Made by a program: the position numbers and the translations under genes. 64,000 nt of DNA from Hormiphora californensis (lineage: Eukaryota; Animalia; Ctenophora). Under the pieces are notes generated by a model that worked only from the letters and a program-made list of their open reading frames with translations, was not told where the DNA came from and did not search any database. The DNA lies in assembly GCA_020137815.1 (NCBI GenBank), contig CM035351.1, positions 3,596,001 to 3,660,000 on the forward strand, in the 5' to 3' direction. Positions 25,079-37,050 of this stretch are shown piece by piece; position 1 is the first letter of the stretch, and every line of letters starts with the position of its first letter.

Positions 25079-28019
25079 ATGCCTGCCCGAACAGATTCCA
25101 CCAATCAGAGAAGAAGCGTCATGACTCGGAGCATGACAACCAGCAGGTCCCTGTCCAAGAAACAGAAAGCAGAGGAATCGTACAGTGAAACGAGTAATGA
25201 TGATATGGATGATGACGATGATACCCGGTAATTACCTAATTAATTGATTAATTAGTATTGACACTCGATAGTTAGATTAGTAAAAAATAGTGTATGTAGT
25301 TTGGGGTAAATAATTGATATCTTCAAAATACCTCAAAATAATTAGTCGATTAGTCAGCTAATCTCTACACATTTCTCAGTGACCGGAGGAAGATTCACGC
25401 TGATTTGCCCTCTGAATACTGGCAGATCCAGAAGCTGATCAAGTACCTCAAAGGAGGCAACCCTACTGCCACTCTCATCGCGCTCTGCTCTCTCCGGGAC
25501 TTTGATCTAAGTCAGGATATCTGCCAGATTGCTATCAGGGATGTTGATGGTCTTGAGGCCCTTGTCAACCTCCTCGACACCACAGAGATCAAGTGAGAAT
25601 TGTGTAGTCCAGACAATGTATTGGTATGTGTAGATTACACAGTTAGTAGATTACACAGTTAGTCGAATTGTGTAGTTAGTTATGTATCGGTCTGTGTGTT
25701 TGACATGTGTAGAATAGTTTAGTTGTCATGTTTCTAACCCCCTCCCCCTCTCTCCCAGGTGCCAGATCGCCTCACTCAAGATCTTGAAAGATATCTCCCA
25801 AAGCAAACCCATCTCCCGCTCTCTCACTGATCTCGGTGCCATCCAATCTCTAATCAGGCTCCTCTCATCAAGTGTAGCTGATCTACAGTGCCTAGCTGCT
25901 GAGACCATCGCCAACATCGCCAAACTAACCCGGGCCCGCCGCCTGGTTAGGAAGGATGGGGGTATCTCCAAATTTGTGTCCCTCCTCAATATTCCTGCTA
26001 ATACTAATATCGAGGTTCTGAAGGAGGATACCCAGGCTGTTGAGTTGCTGAGATGTGCTGCACTTGGGTTGTGTTCACTTAGCAAGAGCAAGAAGAATAA
26101 GAGGGTAAGTTAAATGGAGGGAGTGTTTTGGGTTCGTTTCGAACTGAACTTGAGCTGTTCAGACTGTATCATGTAACCTCCATTTTAACAACAACAATAC
26201 GGCAGTAAAACAATCTACAATCAACACTGTTTCTTCTCAATCCACTCCCTCTCCCTCAAAATGAAGGAGGGCTAACAACATCAGTACAATAACTCTGGAG
26301 GTAGAAACAATCCTGGTACCAGTAGTGGCAACCCTCAGTGAGTGTTCAGTGGACCCAGAATACAGGGCAGCTATCTGCGAGGGAGGCATCATTCAGTATC
26401 TTAGCAAGTTCCTTGAGTCACAAAATCAGGTAATAATGTTGCTCCCCCCCCCCCTCATAATAATGTTGTTATGTCTCATGATGAAGACAAGTCGATGTAA
26501 TTAATTTACTGGTTGAATGTGGGTGTAAATCAGGAAGCTCTCTCTAACATATCACTTGGTGTTATTACAGGAGCTAGTATCACATTGCGCCAAGGCTATT
26601 TTCCACTGTGCCGAGGACGACCTCACTAGGACCCTGATCCGACAGCACAACGGCTTGGAACCCCTGGTTCGACTGATCAAGTTCACTGATAATGTGTCAA
26701 TGTTGGATGGCGTTACCGGGGCTATTTGGAAGGTTGCTATAGATCAGGAGAACTGCAAGGTTTTCAGAGATTTGAAACTCTGTGAATCGCTGGTTCCCCT
26801 GCTTCACAGCCAGCCCGAGGAGGTCATGATCAATGTAGCCGGATCCATTGCGGGTGTGCGAAAATTCCGGAAAACATCGAACAGATCCGTAAAGCAGGTA
26901 ACCCAGGACACCTCTGCGCGGCGCAGGGCTGAAAACCACGCGCGAAGTAAAGTGAGAGTTGGGATTGTCAGCAATCTTGCGCGCGGCACCACTTAGCAAC
27001 CGGTGATACAATTTCAAGAGTTCTGACCTCGTCAATTTACATTTCAGGTGGTCTCACACATCTTGTCAACTTGTTGAGCGGTACTAACCCAACTCTGCTG
27101 ATTAATGTGGCCCATGCGCTGGGAAAGTGTGCTACCGAACCTGACAGTGCCACAATTATTGATAAATATGATGGTGTGAGACTTTTGTGGTCGCTCCTCA
27201 AGTCGCCCAACCCACAAGTCCAGTCGAGTGCAGCGTGGGCCATTTGCCCATGTATCGATAATAACAAAGATGCTGGAGAAATGGTAAGTCATGATATAAC
27301 CATGGAAACATTCATACAACCCTTTTTTTCTTGGTGATCAAAAGAAAACTATCTCTCTTTCTAATTGTTGAATTACTCAACAAATTCCTAACTTGTCCCC
27401 TATCTCAGGTCCGAAGTCTGGTGGGAGGATTAGAGCTGATTGTCAGCCTCCTAAAGTCAGATAACCGAGAAGTCCTTGCCAGTATTTGTAGCGCAGTTGC
27501 TAACATTGCTAAAGATGAACAAAACTTGGCTGTGTTGACTGACCACGGTGTGGTTCCCATCCTCTCTAAATTAGTGGTGGCTCATGCTGGTGACGAGTAT
27601 GTGAAGGGGCACATCGCTGATGCCATTGGACGATGTTGTATCTGGGGAAATAATAGGAAGGAGTTTGGGTCAAGGGGTGTAGTGAAACCGCTAGTTCGAT
27701 ATCTTAAATCAAAGGATACATTTGTGTACAAAGCTGCTGCTATGGCCCTCTACCATCTTTCACTGGTTATGTTCTAATCTCTCCCTTTCTGCCTAAATAT
27801 TAAATCCCATCCCGATAAACTGTGTTAACTAGTTCTAACCTCCCATCCCCCATGCAGGAGCCAGAGAACTGTGTGGTAATGCATGAAAACCACGCTAAAC
27901 AATGGCTAGTAAATATGGTTGGCGACGGTGACTGGATCCTTCAGGAAGCCGCTGCTGGATGTATCGCAAACATCCGCCATCTTGCCCTGGCCAACGATAT
28001 CAGCAAATCTGGCCGCTGA
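25079..28019 (+). CDS. ARMC4: Armadillo-repeat outer dynein arm docking protein ARMC4/ODAD2 (gudu-like); contains apparent frameshift(s)
   Basis: [71 protein letters not shown]. One base is missing near 26853 and the exon start near 26260-26300 looks garbled. Confidence 0.9.
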
Positions 28020-28641
28020 ACAAATATCTTTGGGTTCAGAGACTCATTTAAATATTGTACAGAGAGATTTTTATAACTACTACTACAGAGACGATATACA
28101 AATAAGTTATTATGTACAGAGTGTTTTATGCGTGTGATCATCAACTGTAAATAGTCCAAATGTGTAACAAAACTGTGTAAAGTGTGTCTATTTTTTCACC
28201 CCCTTTATATCAGAGTTTGTTCTGGGATTCTGGCATAAGAAATGAAGGGACCGGAGCCTATAATTGCTCCGTTTCTGTAGTTCAGTGGTGGGCCACTGGT
28301 ATGGAGGAGCTACTGCAGATCATAGGTGGAGCCTACTTTCACACAGGGATATGAAGGGGGTGTTTTCTGCGCGGAGAATACCCTTGATGTCTTCGCGCGC
28401 TACGCAAACTAAACCAGATAGATTCTCCTTGCCCTACTCAGTGATCTCATCTGTAATCTGGCATCCGCTTGAGTTCAGTACTTGTAGAAATTATACCATG
28501 CAAATTACAAACCAAACTTTTATTTATGTAAGAACATAACAATTCATGTAACATCTAATCTTCTAAATCGAAGACCGAAGTCGTCATAGCAGTACAAATT
28601 TTGAACACAAAATAAATCGAACACAAATTCAAATGGTTTAA

Positions 28642-30147
28642 TCAACCGAACCGGTTATTATTCTTAAAAGTCCTATTAAAAGTCTGGTTTATTTTCTCTG
28701 CTTTCTTTGGTCCGATTCCCGGTACCGCAGCTAGACTGTCCTTGCTAGCCCCAGCAATACCCTTCACTGTCCCATACCGGGTTCTTAATCTGGCAACATC
28801 CGTTTTGTTAACACCTTTAATCGAGGTGAGGACTCTATTCACAGTCCCTGTATAGGTGGTATCTTTAGATCCCTGTAGCATATCCGCGGGCTTGTTTTCA
28901 TATATCTTATACGCCTCGATATACCTGGGGAAAGAGTACTTTTAGATTTTAGGATGTACACTAAGATATTTTAACTAGTAATTAGGTGACAGTGACAGAA
29001 TGGAAACAAACAATTGGGTATAAAGTGCGATTTTTAATAAAGCGAACCGCTTGCGTGCAAATCAGAGCATTTCACCCGCATCACACGTCGTGCGTTACCA
29101 ATTTCAATTCAAAACTTCATTTCGCGTGCCCTCGGTTCGCTTTCTTAAAAATCGGACTTTATTTACCGGGCAGCTTCTGTCTCAGACCAGGCCAGGATGA
29201 GTGTGCAACTGGAGAGAAGGGATACCCGGGAGAGTTCCTCTAGATAGGAGGCACTGTCCGGTACATCAACCTGGACTAGAAGAACCCTGTGCTGGTGGGC
29301 AGAGGTAGCGGCTGGCCATGCCTTCAATCGGTCATATATGTACTGAGGGGAGTGTGGGCTATTAGTACAGGGATAGAGTAGATAATTGTTGGTTTGGTAG
29401 ATAATTGGGTAGGGAGATAATTATGTAAGGACATGTTGGCATGGTGATACATGCAAGATGCATTGTCTCATATAAATTATAAGACTGTAGCGAGGACAGT
29501 CTTACCCAAGAGGGTCTACTTAGCAGTGTGCGAGATGTTACCTGTCAGTGCCTGACAAAAGATGCAACTTACATTTGGATGTAGACGGTGATATGCTATA
29601 GATAGAAAGAGGCACCCAGTTCCTGATCCTATTTGGTAGTCCACAATAAGTTCCTTGCTAAAGGAGTAGAGGACATTCCTTAAAGATGTTAGTAGAGGGT
29701 TTCCCTTTTGTCGTATTGATACCAGCAGAGAGCTACTCGTAGTAGTAGTAATGGTCTGAATGGTTAAGGGTTCTTTTACTATTAGGAGTACTAAGAAAAT
29801 TAACGCCATAGAAAGGGATATCAGTACCCCGACATTGGATTTATCCTTGTCGCCTTGCTTTGCTTTAGAAAATAGAAATGACAGTAAATTATACTTAGAA
29901 AGTGTACTGTTCGTATGTTGGCAGTAGACAGTAGTGTGTACAATGTACAATGGACAATGTACACCATATGAACTGCTGTTTGTTTGTGTGTGTGTTACAG
30001 CATGTACATGATGGTTAGTGGTTACACACAGAGTGTAGCTGCTGTTCAGTAGGGTGTAGTTACCTGTTGTGCTTTCTCCGGTACCTTCTCCAACTTTCTC
30101 TTTCTGTCATTTTCTGCCAGGTTGTTATTCGTTTCGGGATCTGTCAT
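28642..30147 (-). CDS. ERCC1: DNA excision repair protein ERCC1 (4 exons; first exon tentative)
   Basis: VSIRQKGNPLL, LFLSIAYHRLHPN|YIYDRLK, RVLLVQVDV, LILAWS..EAARYIEAYKIYENKPAD, HhH motifs VNKTD and PGIGPKKA. Confidence 0.93.
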
Positions 30148-30314
30148 CCTTGAAAACACGGTGTTATCGGGGCTCAAGGGTTGGGGAAGTGTTATAAAGG
30201 CTACATTAAACGTCTTTGTTCTTTAAAATTTGTAGAAAAATATAACTCGCTCATCTAAAACATCTAAAATTCCAGTAAAAACACCCATCATCTTTGTGTA
30301 TCATTGACAATGAT

Positions 30315-31157
30315 TCATTTTCCAACATTGTTCCGATACAAATCCATTAGCTCCCCGAATGGTGGGTTAGTAGAATACCAATGACACACCTCAAGCCCCC
30401 TCTCACCAGCCAGCGTCCTGACCCTCTCTAACACACTCTCCGGAGAACCCTCTACTGAGCACGGATCAGTCAAATTACAAGATACCTCACTGACCGTGCC
30501 ATAGTCAGGGTGGGTGTTAAGGTAGGCCATGGCCTGGACTGATTTGGACCTCACTAAAGGTAACATCCCTTTAGCAATGTCCATATTAGGGGTATTCAAT
30601 GCCATGTTAAAACTCAGAACGTAGGGTGTTGCACCTACCACACTCACACCCAAACCATTATGATCCCCTCCTTTTTGACTTGAAAAGAAACTCGTGCTCT
30701 TTCTAACTTGTACCAGACTCCGGTTTTGTGGATCTGCAGCACCGTACAGAAGGGTTGGGACTGAGAGGGAATCGAGATGGGATGCTATGTTGCGAGCAAT
30801 AGCCCCTGCCTCGGATAGAGTGGCTGCTTCTGAGACAGGGTGGATTGGAATTAGATCCATCATTCCAATATGGTGGTGATCTTTGAAGTTGTTACCATGG
30901 TTACCCGGGGTGTTACCATGGTTATCGGTGTTATTAACTGGAGTGCTGGATATAAACTCAGCAAGTCCCCCTACCACTCCTTCTATCTCCCCTGCTCTTC
31001 CAACAACAGTAAGATTGGTCCTGTTCAAAACTGGGTCAGTGAATGTTTTGACCAGATGCGGAGAACATAGGGAGACAAGGCGAGATAGGTAGGATGGATT
31101 CCGACCTTCTTGGATATTTAGACAGCAAACGAAGATCTTTTTTCCAGTGTGAAGCAT
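30315..31157 (-). CDS. Stand-alone glutamate formiminotransferase-domain protein (FTCDNL1-like), single exon
   Basis: CCLNIQEGRN, F.D...NRT..T, H.HIG.MDLIPIHP, VP..LYG, RSLVQVRK, G.SVVGA.PYV..FN, EVSCNL; no cyclodeaminase domain. Confidence 0.85.
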   Translation of the reverse strand: MLHTGKKIFVCCLNIQEGRNPSYLSRLVSLCSPHLVKTFTDPVLNRTNLTVVGRAGEIEGVVGGLAEFISSTPVNNTDNHGNTPGNHGNNFKDHHHIGMMDLIPIHPVSEAATLSEAGAIARNIASHLDSLSVPTLLYGAADPQNRSLVQVRKSTSFFSSQKGGDHNGLGVSVVGATPYVLSFNMALNTPNMDIAKGMLPLVRSKSVQAMAYLNTHPDYGTVSEVSCNLTDPCSVEGSPESVLERVRTLAGERGLEVCHWYSTNPPFGELMDLYRNNVGK

Positions 31158-31398
31158 TTCATTTCACTATTATTATCATGGCAGAACAATGTAAAACAAA
31201 TTGTATAGCTACTTGTGTGTAACAGAGTATAAATAACACACAATGTAACAAATTTCGTTAACATAAAGTAAGACAACAATTTTACACACTTAGAACGGTT
31301 AACATTTCTCTTTTGCTTAAAAAATCACGACATGCAGACAAACAAATACATTTACTTGAAATTAAATTATTACACTATTATCTACACTGATGCAAACA

Positions 31399-32446
31399 GG
31401 GGGGGTACCAACCTATTTTTTGTATTTTTTTGTATTTTTTTGTACGGTCCGTACAAAAAAATAACCAAAATTCCCTGCTTTTTCCGTACAAAAAATACAA
31501 AAAAATACAAAAAAATATACTGCTGAAGGGAACTTCTTTAGGGCCCCCTATAAGTCTCTAGAGGTTTGCGGGGTCCTTATACTGGCCTGTATAGCCCTCT
31601 AGTTTCGTAGTACTCATAATCCCATGCTTTTTCCATGCGAACATTACCATGATTAAGTTATTCTAGACCTGAACTTGCTCCAAATCCTAGTTGGGTAACA
31701 GCAAAATATGTCGGGATAGTGCCCAAGCTTTATTTTCTGATGAAATTTCATTTTTCGGCCGAATATGCCTACTTATTCCCCCTCATGCCTGGAGGCATAA
31801 GCAGGCCGAAAAACTGAAAAAGCCGAATCGGCCTCTCTCCCCCGGCCAGTTGTGCGCGCGCTACATTATGATGATTATATACTCTCAAATCGCAATCTAT
31901 TCAGTTCCCCCATGGTGTAGTGGTTATTGCATATGCTTGACACGCAGAAGGTCCCGGGTTCGAAACTCGCCTGGATCATTTTTTTCAAAACTTTTTAAAT
32001 ACTAACACTTGGTATAGCACTAAGTGTAAATCAATTAATTTCAAAAACTCGACCGTTTTTTAGACTATTAAATTAAAGTTCCACTATCTTGAACTATTAT
32101 CAAACTAACTTAGACCACGGGAAAAAATCGGCCAAAATGGGGATAAATTTTGGCCATTCTCGGCCAAAAAATATGCTGGGACACCGGGTTAGTAAGACTT
32201 GTTCTAGTTAGGAGTCGTGGGGACGGGGAATGGTAAAATAAAATAAACACTCTAGAGGCCTTTAAAGGCCAATAGAAGGACCTCGAGCGCCTCTAGAGAC
32301 CTGTAGAAGGCACCAAAGAAGTTCCCGACAGCAGTAAACTTTTTTGTATTTTTTTGTATTTTTTTGTATTTTTTGTACGGACCGTACAAAAAAATATTGC
32401 CTGCTTTTTCCGTACATCCGTACACAAAAATGGTTGATACCCCCCC
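31399..32446. mobile_element. Non-autonomous DNA transposon with poly-G/poly-C termini, 8-bp TSD and central tRNA-derived cassette
   Basis: TSD tgcaaaca at 31391-31398 and 32447-32454; termini gggggggtaccaacc / ggttgataccccccc; subterminal (tttttttgta)n arrays; imperfect ~200-bp inverted arms. Confidence 0.9.
31904..31978 (+). tRNA. Degenerate tRNA-Val-derived sequence (anticodon position GAC), probably a pseudo-tRNA
   Basis: A box tggtgtagtgg, tgc-ttgacac-gcagaaggtcc as in metazoan tRNA-Val(TAC), B box ggttcgaaac, T7 run immediately after; acceptor and D stems imperfect. Confidence 0.75.
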
Positions 32447-32659
32447 TGCAAACACTATCACAACATAACTTATCGGGCCCAGAATATACCTACGGATTGA
32501 TGATTCGTATATTTTATTGACTAAAATGCAGGAAAAAGAGGATCTAAAGCTGCATATAACTCATTGTACCCTAACTCTAAACCCCTAACCACAACCCGAA
32601 AATAAGCCCAAATCCGGACCCCATTACAAGTTGAAACGACCAGTCCCCTGTTGCATGAT

Positions 32660-35600
32660 TTAGTTGAAAGCTGACATAAGTAGATCGGTAATTCTCTCAA
32701 GATGCTCCTTATTTTGATATACAAAACACTGGACATCCCACAGACAGTCAATTAAGTTCTTGTTTTCAACTTCATCCATCTTCATATTGTAAGATAGCTG
32801 GGGCTGGAGTCGGAAGTAGTACGATCCTATACTCTCGCACCATGCTTTAGCACCCAGTACCACGGCACCGTCCGTAGCAGCACACTGGGAATAAAGGGAG
32901 GTAGTTAGACAATATGTACTATGGGAATAAAAAAGGAGCCGAACAAATTACTATCACAAGTCAGCATTCTAATTTGAGTCTGATCCCATGGCCATGTATA
33001 ATAGTTCTAATGTAATGTACCTGCTCTACAAGTGTTTCAGCGAATTCCTTAGCCGACAACAGCAATCTTCCAGCACCTAACGGTCCTGACACAGCAGACA
33101 CATTGAAATCCTTTACAGCCACTTCAGGAGCCAGGCCGGTACCCAAGGACACCACAATGTATGGTTTAGTTGGTTCCTGGTCAACATCCTTCACTAGCGC
33201 AACTGAGTTGGGGGGAGAAGTTGAATTATACAGTGATTGTTGAGAAGTTGTGAATCAGAATTAATGAAAGGCATGAGCTATGTTGTATTAGACAATTGTA
33301 TAGTTGGTGACACTTATTGACCAACCATTTTCGTCCACAGGTCTGCTCTCTATGTAACCCTTGCTGTTGTCCTGCTCCCGCGTACTAAAGTCTTCCCCAA
33401 TAACCGCCCTCATTAGACCGTCCGTGAAGGAGACTGGGGTGGCCGCCTGGAAGGGAAAACATGAGATTTACAACCCTGATCTCATAAATGGAACGGTTTT
33501 TTACTCGTGCTTAATGGAAATCATAGGACAGTCAGATTATGTCTCTATAGATGGTACCTCCCTATAACAGTTAACATGTTACCTCCCACCTCTCACCCAT
33601 GTTTACCTCTTTGTATCCAAGTTTTCCTAGATCCTGATTACAGTCATGCATCTCCGTTAACATTGTTATAGTCGGATTGTTAGCCATTAGGCCCCCATCC
33701 ACAAACCGTTTGTGAGGGGTAAAGTAGGTGGGTGCAGCACTACTAGACCTAGCTGCTTCCCATACCCGCTGTTGGTGGGGCGCAGGTTCCCCATTCTCAC
33801 TCCTGTACCCGTAATTCCTGAACACATGTAATTTACAAGGCCTGCAGTCAGCAATAGTAGCCGGTACTATGACACGTGGAAAGCTCCTTTCGTTCATCAT
33901 ACGGTTCTCCCCGAACTGCTCCTTCATAAAGTTTTCCAGGATCTCGGTATTGTAGGGGCGACTTCCCTTGAACACCACGTCCTTCAGATTGAAGTAGAGG
34001 GTTTGGCATTCTCGTAGGGACATGTTGCAGAAGGTCATTCCTAAGGATAACATAGATCCGGTACTGGTTCCTCCGACCCAGTCAAATAGTTCCAAACAGG
34101 ACAACCCCGATCTTCTCTCGAGATCCAACAATATCTGAAACATGATATTGGTCAAACTAGCGGATCAAATTCTGCTGTCCCAGTGTCCCACAGTGGCCCC
34201 CACTTCAAGCAAGATCAAATTCTATTGTATTGATTGTGGAAAGGGATAAACTACAACTAATTTGCAATTATAATGTATCTACCTGAATTAGAACGAGTCC
34301 CCTAATGCCACCCCCATCAAGAGCTAGAAGAGAAGCGTTGTTAGTTCCCCAGTTGTTCCTTATCCTCGGTTTCTTGCCACTCTGAGCTGCTTCTTTCACT
34401 GAGGGGGTGATATTAAGATTCAATTTACCGAGCATTCATTCAAACACTTGAGCTATGTGATTGTGAGAGTTGAAGACAGGACGTTCTTAGCTTACCTTCT
34501 GGCGACAGGGCGGGGTAAGATTTACAGTTCAAAAACTTGTCATCATTTCCTCCAACACAATTCAGCAGGGTCATGGTGGATCGTTGAGTGGCATCCTTGG
34601 CCACCTCAAAAGGCGTCTTCCCGTCCTTGTTTCTCCTTGTCATATCGGCCCCCAGCACAACCAGTGCTTTGATCAGGAACTCTCTTGTTGTCTGTAATGT
34701 GGTGGTGTCTGCTGTGGTGTCTGCTGTCTAGATATATGTGATGATCTTAGGAGAAATATATTACACTTGCACTCTGATCGCCATTCAACACTCTGATTAA
34801 CAGGATAACAAATGCAATATCTGATCCCGATTTACAGGCCCCCAATATAATATACCGGTATATCGGGGTCCGACTGTATCTATAATATCTTACCCCCTTC
34901 CTGGCAGTTTTAGCAGCCAGCAAGTGTAGTGCAGTGTTTCCATGCCCATCCGTCACATCAACAGGAACACCGTTGTGGATAAGGGCCATGACCCGATCTA
35001 GGATCCCCTCTCCAGTCTCCTCCATGGCCACCTTGTGCAGTGCGGGCTGTCCGGCTCCATTCATTGCTCCAACATTGATCTTCTTATCCACTAGACACGC
35101 TATCACCTAATCAGGGGGGCAGAGGGTTAGCAAGCTGCAACAACATGTAGAGTCAGAAGATACCAAGACGTATTGAACCTGACAATGCAATAATTATAAA
35201 TACAACTGATAATGTGGATACGACGACAAAGTAACTGCAACATCAAGGATTCAAAACGCCTCAATAGATGACCACATGCCTTTATTCGCACGCATAACAT
35301 GTGTACATGTTTCCCACTTCTGTCGCCTGCCACAGGTGCCTCAACTTCCAAGTATGCTTACACTGTTATAGACCAGTTACATATACCACGAATGTCGGGT
35401 TTTCTATCATTGCCAGATCACAACGTTTCAATGTTTCATGCTCCTTGGTCTGTAGAACAAGTATGCCAAACGACAAGGTCTAGATCCTATCCGTTTTCTC
35501 AGAAAGTGGTTAACCATGTGAAAAAATGGGGTGTATTATATACCATGGGCTGTCCCTGTCGGATATAGGCGAAAATAATCAGGGTCATTACTATTATTAT

Positions 35601-37006
35601 TATGTATGTGTTTGTGTGTGGTGTGTGAATACTGAGTGTGTGTTCTATATGGTTGGCTGCGTTCACAGTAGGTTGGAATTAATAGGTTAGGTTAGAATCT
35701 GTAATGCATGTGTTGGTGTCAGTTTATGTGTTGGCTGCATGCAGATCCTGCCTCCTATTATGTGACGGTATCACGACTACATTTTCTTCATCAGCTGGTT
35801 ATCAGACGGGATCCTGGGGGCACCTATTCATCGCTTTTTCGGAAAATGACAATGTATGCTAAAACTATTGATATGGGACACTGTCATGTTCTGTGACTAT
35901 TTCAGTTTTCCCCTTACTCAACAAGTTTCCAGAGGAGTTCAGTCTGGAGGTTAGTTTGGAGTTCAGTTTGGAGGTCAGTTTGGAGGTCAGTTGGAGGTCT
36001 GCTTGGAGGTCTGCTTGGAGGTCAGTTGGAGGTCTGCTTGGAGGTCTGCTTGGAGGTCTGCTTGGAGGTCAGTTGGAGGTCTGCTTGGAGGTCTGCTTGG
36101 AGGTTAGTTTGGAGTTCAGTTTGGAGTTCAGTTTGGAGGTCAGTTGGAGGTCTGCTTGGAGGTCTGCTTGGAGGTCAGTTGGAGGTCTGCTTGGAGGTCT
36201 GCTTGGAGGTCAGTTGGAGGTCTGCTTGGAGGTCTGCTTGGAGTTCAGTCTGGAGGTCAGTTTGGAGGTCTGCTTGGAGGTCAGTCGGAGGTCTGCTTGG
36301 AGGTCTGCTTGGAGGTCAGTTGGAGGTCTGCTTGGAGGTCTGCATGGAGGTCCACAGACAACTTTTTCAAATCCATATCATTTGAACTCATGGACTTTAT
36401 TATCTACTGGAGGAGCAGTCAAGTCAGGCTCAATGAAGAGCGGGGTGGAATCACCGAAGGAAGGGACGGGCAGTAGCATGCGGAGCAGGGTTCGAGTTGT
36501 TGTCCAGCCAAATGGGTCGGTGGGTTTCAAATCAGGCTGAAGGTTGGGTTGGTGCCCAGGGGAACCGGTCTTGTATCCACGTTCTTTTTCATATCTTCAT
36601 CGGATTCCAGTCTTCAACTTTTCTATTCCTTCTACAAGTCGTGTCTACAACAGGATCAGCCATCAGGACTGGGTATGTGTGCATGTGTGTACTATATGTG
36701 TGAGGATTAGGTTTAAAGTAGTTAGGTTATTTTATTAGGATATGTGTTAGAGAGGAGGAAAATACCTTTTTGTGTTTGGGAGGGGTGGGAATGTAGGGCA
36801 CGCAATTGACAAGCATTGCTTGCTCCTACAAGTCCCTATATAATCCCTCACATATAATTGTCCTATTGGTTTCGGTATGTGTGGTGGTGGTGCAGGCTGC
36901 ACATCAGTCATTAGTATTATATTTTGCAACGGAATATTATTATCTAAACTAGAGGTTAGAGCGGCCGTTGCTACATTGAATAGGCTTTAGATCACCACTC
37001 GAGTTA

Positions 37007-37050
<44 letters not shown>

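Noticed and set aside
31904-31978. Functional tRNA-Val(GAC)
   Set aside because: Acceptor, D and anticodon stems are mispaired, and eukaryotes normally use AAC rather than GAC; treated as tRNA-derived.
35893-36540. ORFs with LEVCLEV / WRSAWRS / GGLLGG repeats
   Set aside because: They are translations of a stop-free minisatellite in all three frames.
36370-36665. Possible extra minus-strand exon of PLA2G6
   Set aside because: No continuous frame or ankyrin similarity; the exons ending at 48077 and starting at 35107 join plausibly without it.
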